DNA from: Azolla caroliniana
Taxonomy: Eukaryota; Plantae; Polypodiophyta
Direction of reading: 5' to 3'
NCBI GenBank assembly: GCA_043228905.1
Contig: JBHGNT010000015.1
Span: forward strand, 9,734,001 to 9,798,000
Length of the DNA stretch: 64,000 bases
Of the stretch, positions 62,338-64,000 are shown piece by piece. Position 1 is the first letter of the stretch. The number at the start of each line of letters is the position of its first letter. A program made the translations under genes and the position numbers. The notes under the pieces were generated by a model. The model was not told the DNA's origin. It was given only the letters and a program-made list of their open reading frames with translations, and made no database searches.

Positions 62338-62752
62338 TGTCATGATGACACTCACATATGATTTGGGTTTACAAGGATTCAAACCCACAACCTTGTTATA
62401 TACGTGTCAAATTCTTAGCCATTGTAATACATTTATATGTATAAAAAATTTATAAACTATATAGAATATTATAAAGTATTCTAGAATACTCTATGTTCTA
62501 GAATATTCTAGAGTGCTCTATGGTCTAGAATGTTCTAGAATATTCTAGCACTCTTTATTCTAGAACTTTCTAGAATACCCTATTAGGACTTATAAATATG
62601 CATCTAATAATCAAGGATGAACCAATTTGGTTCAACGCCATTCTAGAGCTCCCTTGTTGTTTACTCATTGTAATCCATCTTATAGTGCAATATATTATCG
62701 TTACAATACTCTCTCTCTTTCTCTCTCTCTTTCTCTACCTTTCTCTGTCTTG

Positions 62753-62790
<38 letters not shown>

Positions 62791-64000
62791 CTCCCTCTTA
62801 GTTTTGACAGTTTGAACCAAATTTTTCTTTCCTTATTTCTTTCTCTTCCAAGAACCTTAATAAGTTTCCTTCTTTCTTTTCCTCTTCGCTCGTAAGTTAT
62901 GGAGTCTATGAGCAAACAAGAATATATGCGTGTCCTTTCTGAGCTCGACATGCTCACGAATAAATTTGTCGCACTAGAGCAAGAAAATCAAAGGCTACTC
63001 GGGGACCTACAACACGTGAGTACTGAGAAAGCGCAACAATATGAAGAGTTATCACAATGGGTTCGCCACTCGAGGCTACTATATTATCATGACGAGAACA
63101 AGTGTCAGGGGTTCAAAACTACCCCAAAGAACCAAAGATTAGCCTCCCTGCTAAGTATGATGGTACGAGGTCTCCATTTTGAGGCTTTTTGAATCAAGTG
63201 CGTTTGGTTATTCAGTTACATTCCAATCAATACCCTACGGAAGCTGCTCATGTGGGATTAGGAGGAACCTTGCAAAGCGATACAGCACTACCATGGTTTG
63301 CATCACTCCTCGAGAAGAAATCACAGTTGTTGGAGGATTTTGAGGCGTTTGTTAAGGAGTTTCAAGCTAACTTCCGAGACACTGACAACACTAGGACGGC
63401 AATAAACAAGATTCGAAGGCTCGGACAAGGAGATCATCCTGTGTCAGCTTACGCAGCCGATTTCCGTCTCTTGGCATGCGAGATCCCTTGGGATAAGGCG
63501 GCTCTAATGGATCAATTCCATCAAGGTTTGTGTAATGATGTCAAAGATCTTCTTCTTACTTTCCATGAAGATCCGAAGTCTCTTACAAAGGAAATTAGTC
63601 AAGTTTTGCGATGTGATAATCGCCTATTTGAGGGATGTTCAAAGCGCCAACAAATGCTACACCGCCAACAGGAACAAACCTATGCTTCTGTAGTCACAAC
63701 GCCTCCACAAGTTTCTAGACCCATCACGAGGGATGACCCAACTCCAATCAAAATAGAGTCAACACAACGTCAACACAACGTCGGGGGCCCTTATTGGATC
63801 CTGAGAAGCAACAATGTCGAGCACGCCACTTATGTCTATATTGGGGGTTCCGAGACATAGTCGTGAATTGTCCACATAAACATAGACGTCAAGTATTATT
63901 ACTTCAAGTGCACAAGACAACCCTACTTCAAGTTCCATTATTACTTTGAATAACATAAGTAAGCCTAATAGTCCATGCCATGAGAATAGATTCAATGTCT
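62338..64000 (+). mobile_element. Tcn1-type chromovirus element E: 5' LTR (62338-62809) and frameshifted gag, runs off the window
   Basis: TGTCA...TGACA LTR; PBS GTTTGAACCAAATT; gag homologous to A/B/D (NQVRLVIQLH, CDNRLFE). Confidence 0.9.

Overview
This is eukaryotic, TE-saturated heterochromatin-like DNA with no intact host gene. The host is probably a non-seed land plant, inferred from Tcn1-type chromoviruses, Phygy-like gypsies and plant-type RPS8 and rhomboid retro-fragments. Most of the window is one nested stack that can be rebuilt from target-site duplications (TSDs) and reading-frame continuity. An outer + strand copia (8119-60353) holds a - strand copia (12160-59634), which holds Tcn1 element A (14274-52015) and Tcn1 element D (52606-58481). 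Element A holds (i) an L1 fragment with gene cargo, into which a Phygy-like gypsy (18073-33750) inserted, itself holding Tcn1 element B (19736-25355) and a solo LTR (29335-29999), and (ii) a 10.7-kb TIR element (38522-49183) carrying processed gene copies, a MULE relic and a short-LTR gypsy (43680-48655). Main observations: (1) six LTR families carry an antisense tRNA-type A-box/B-box module near their 5' end; (2) four Tcn1 families have a primer-binding site (PBS) that covaries with their own LTR rather than matching a tRNA, consistent with Tf1-like self-priming; (3) the cargo-carrying transposon has CCCCCGGGGG bipartite TIRs and a 4-bp TSD and could not be classified; (4) gypsy LTRs contain heat-shock-element arrays; (5) there are -1 frameshift cassettes at gag-pol junctions. 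All coordinates and identities were read by eye, and family assignments come from motif recognition, not searches.
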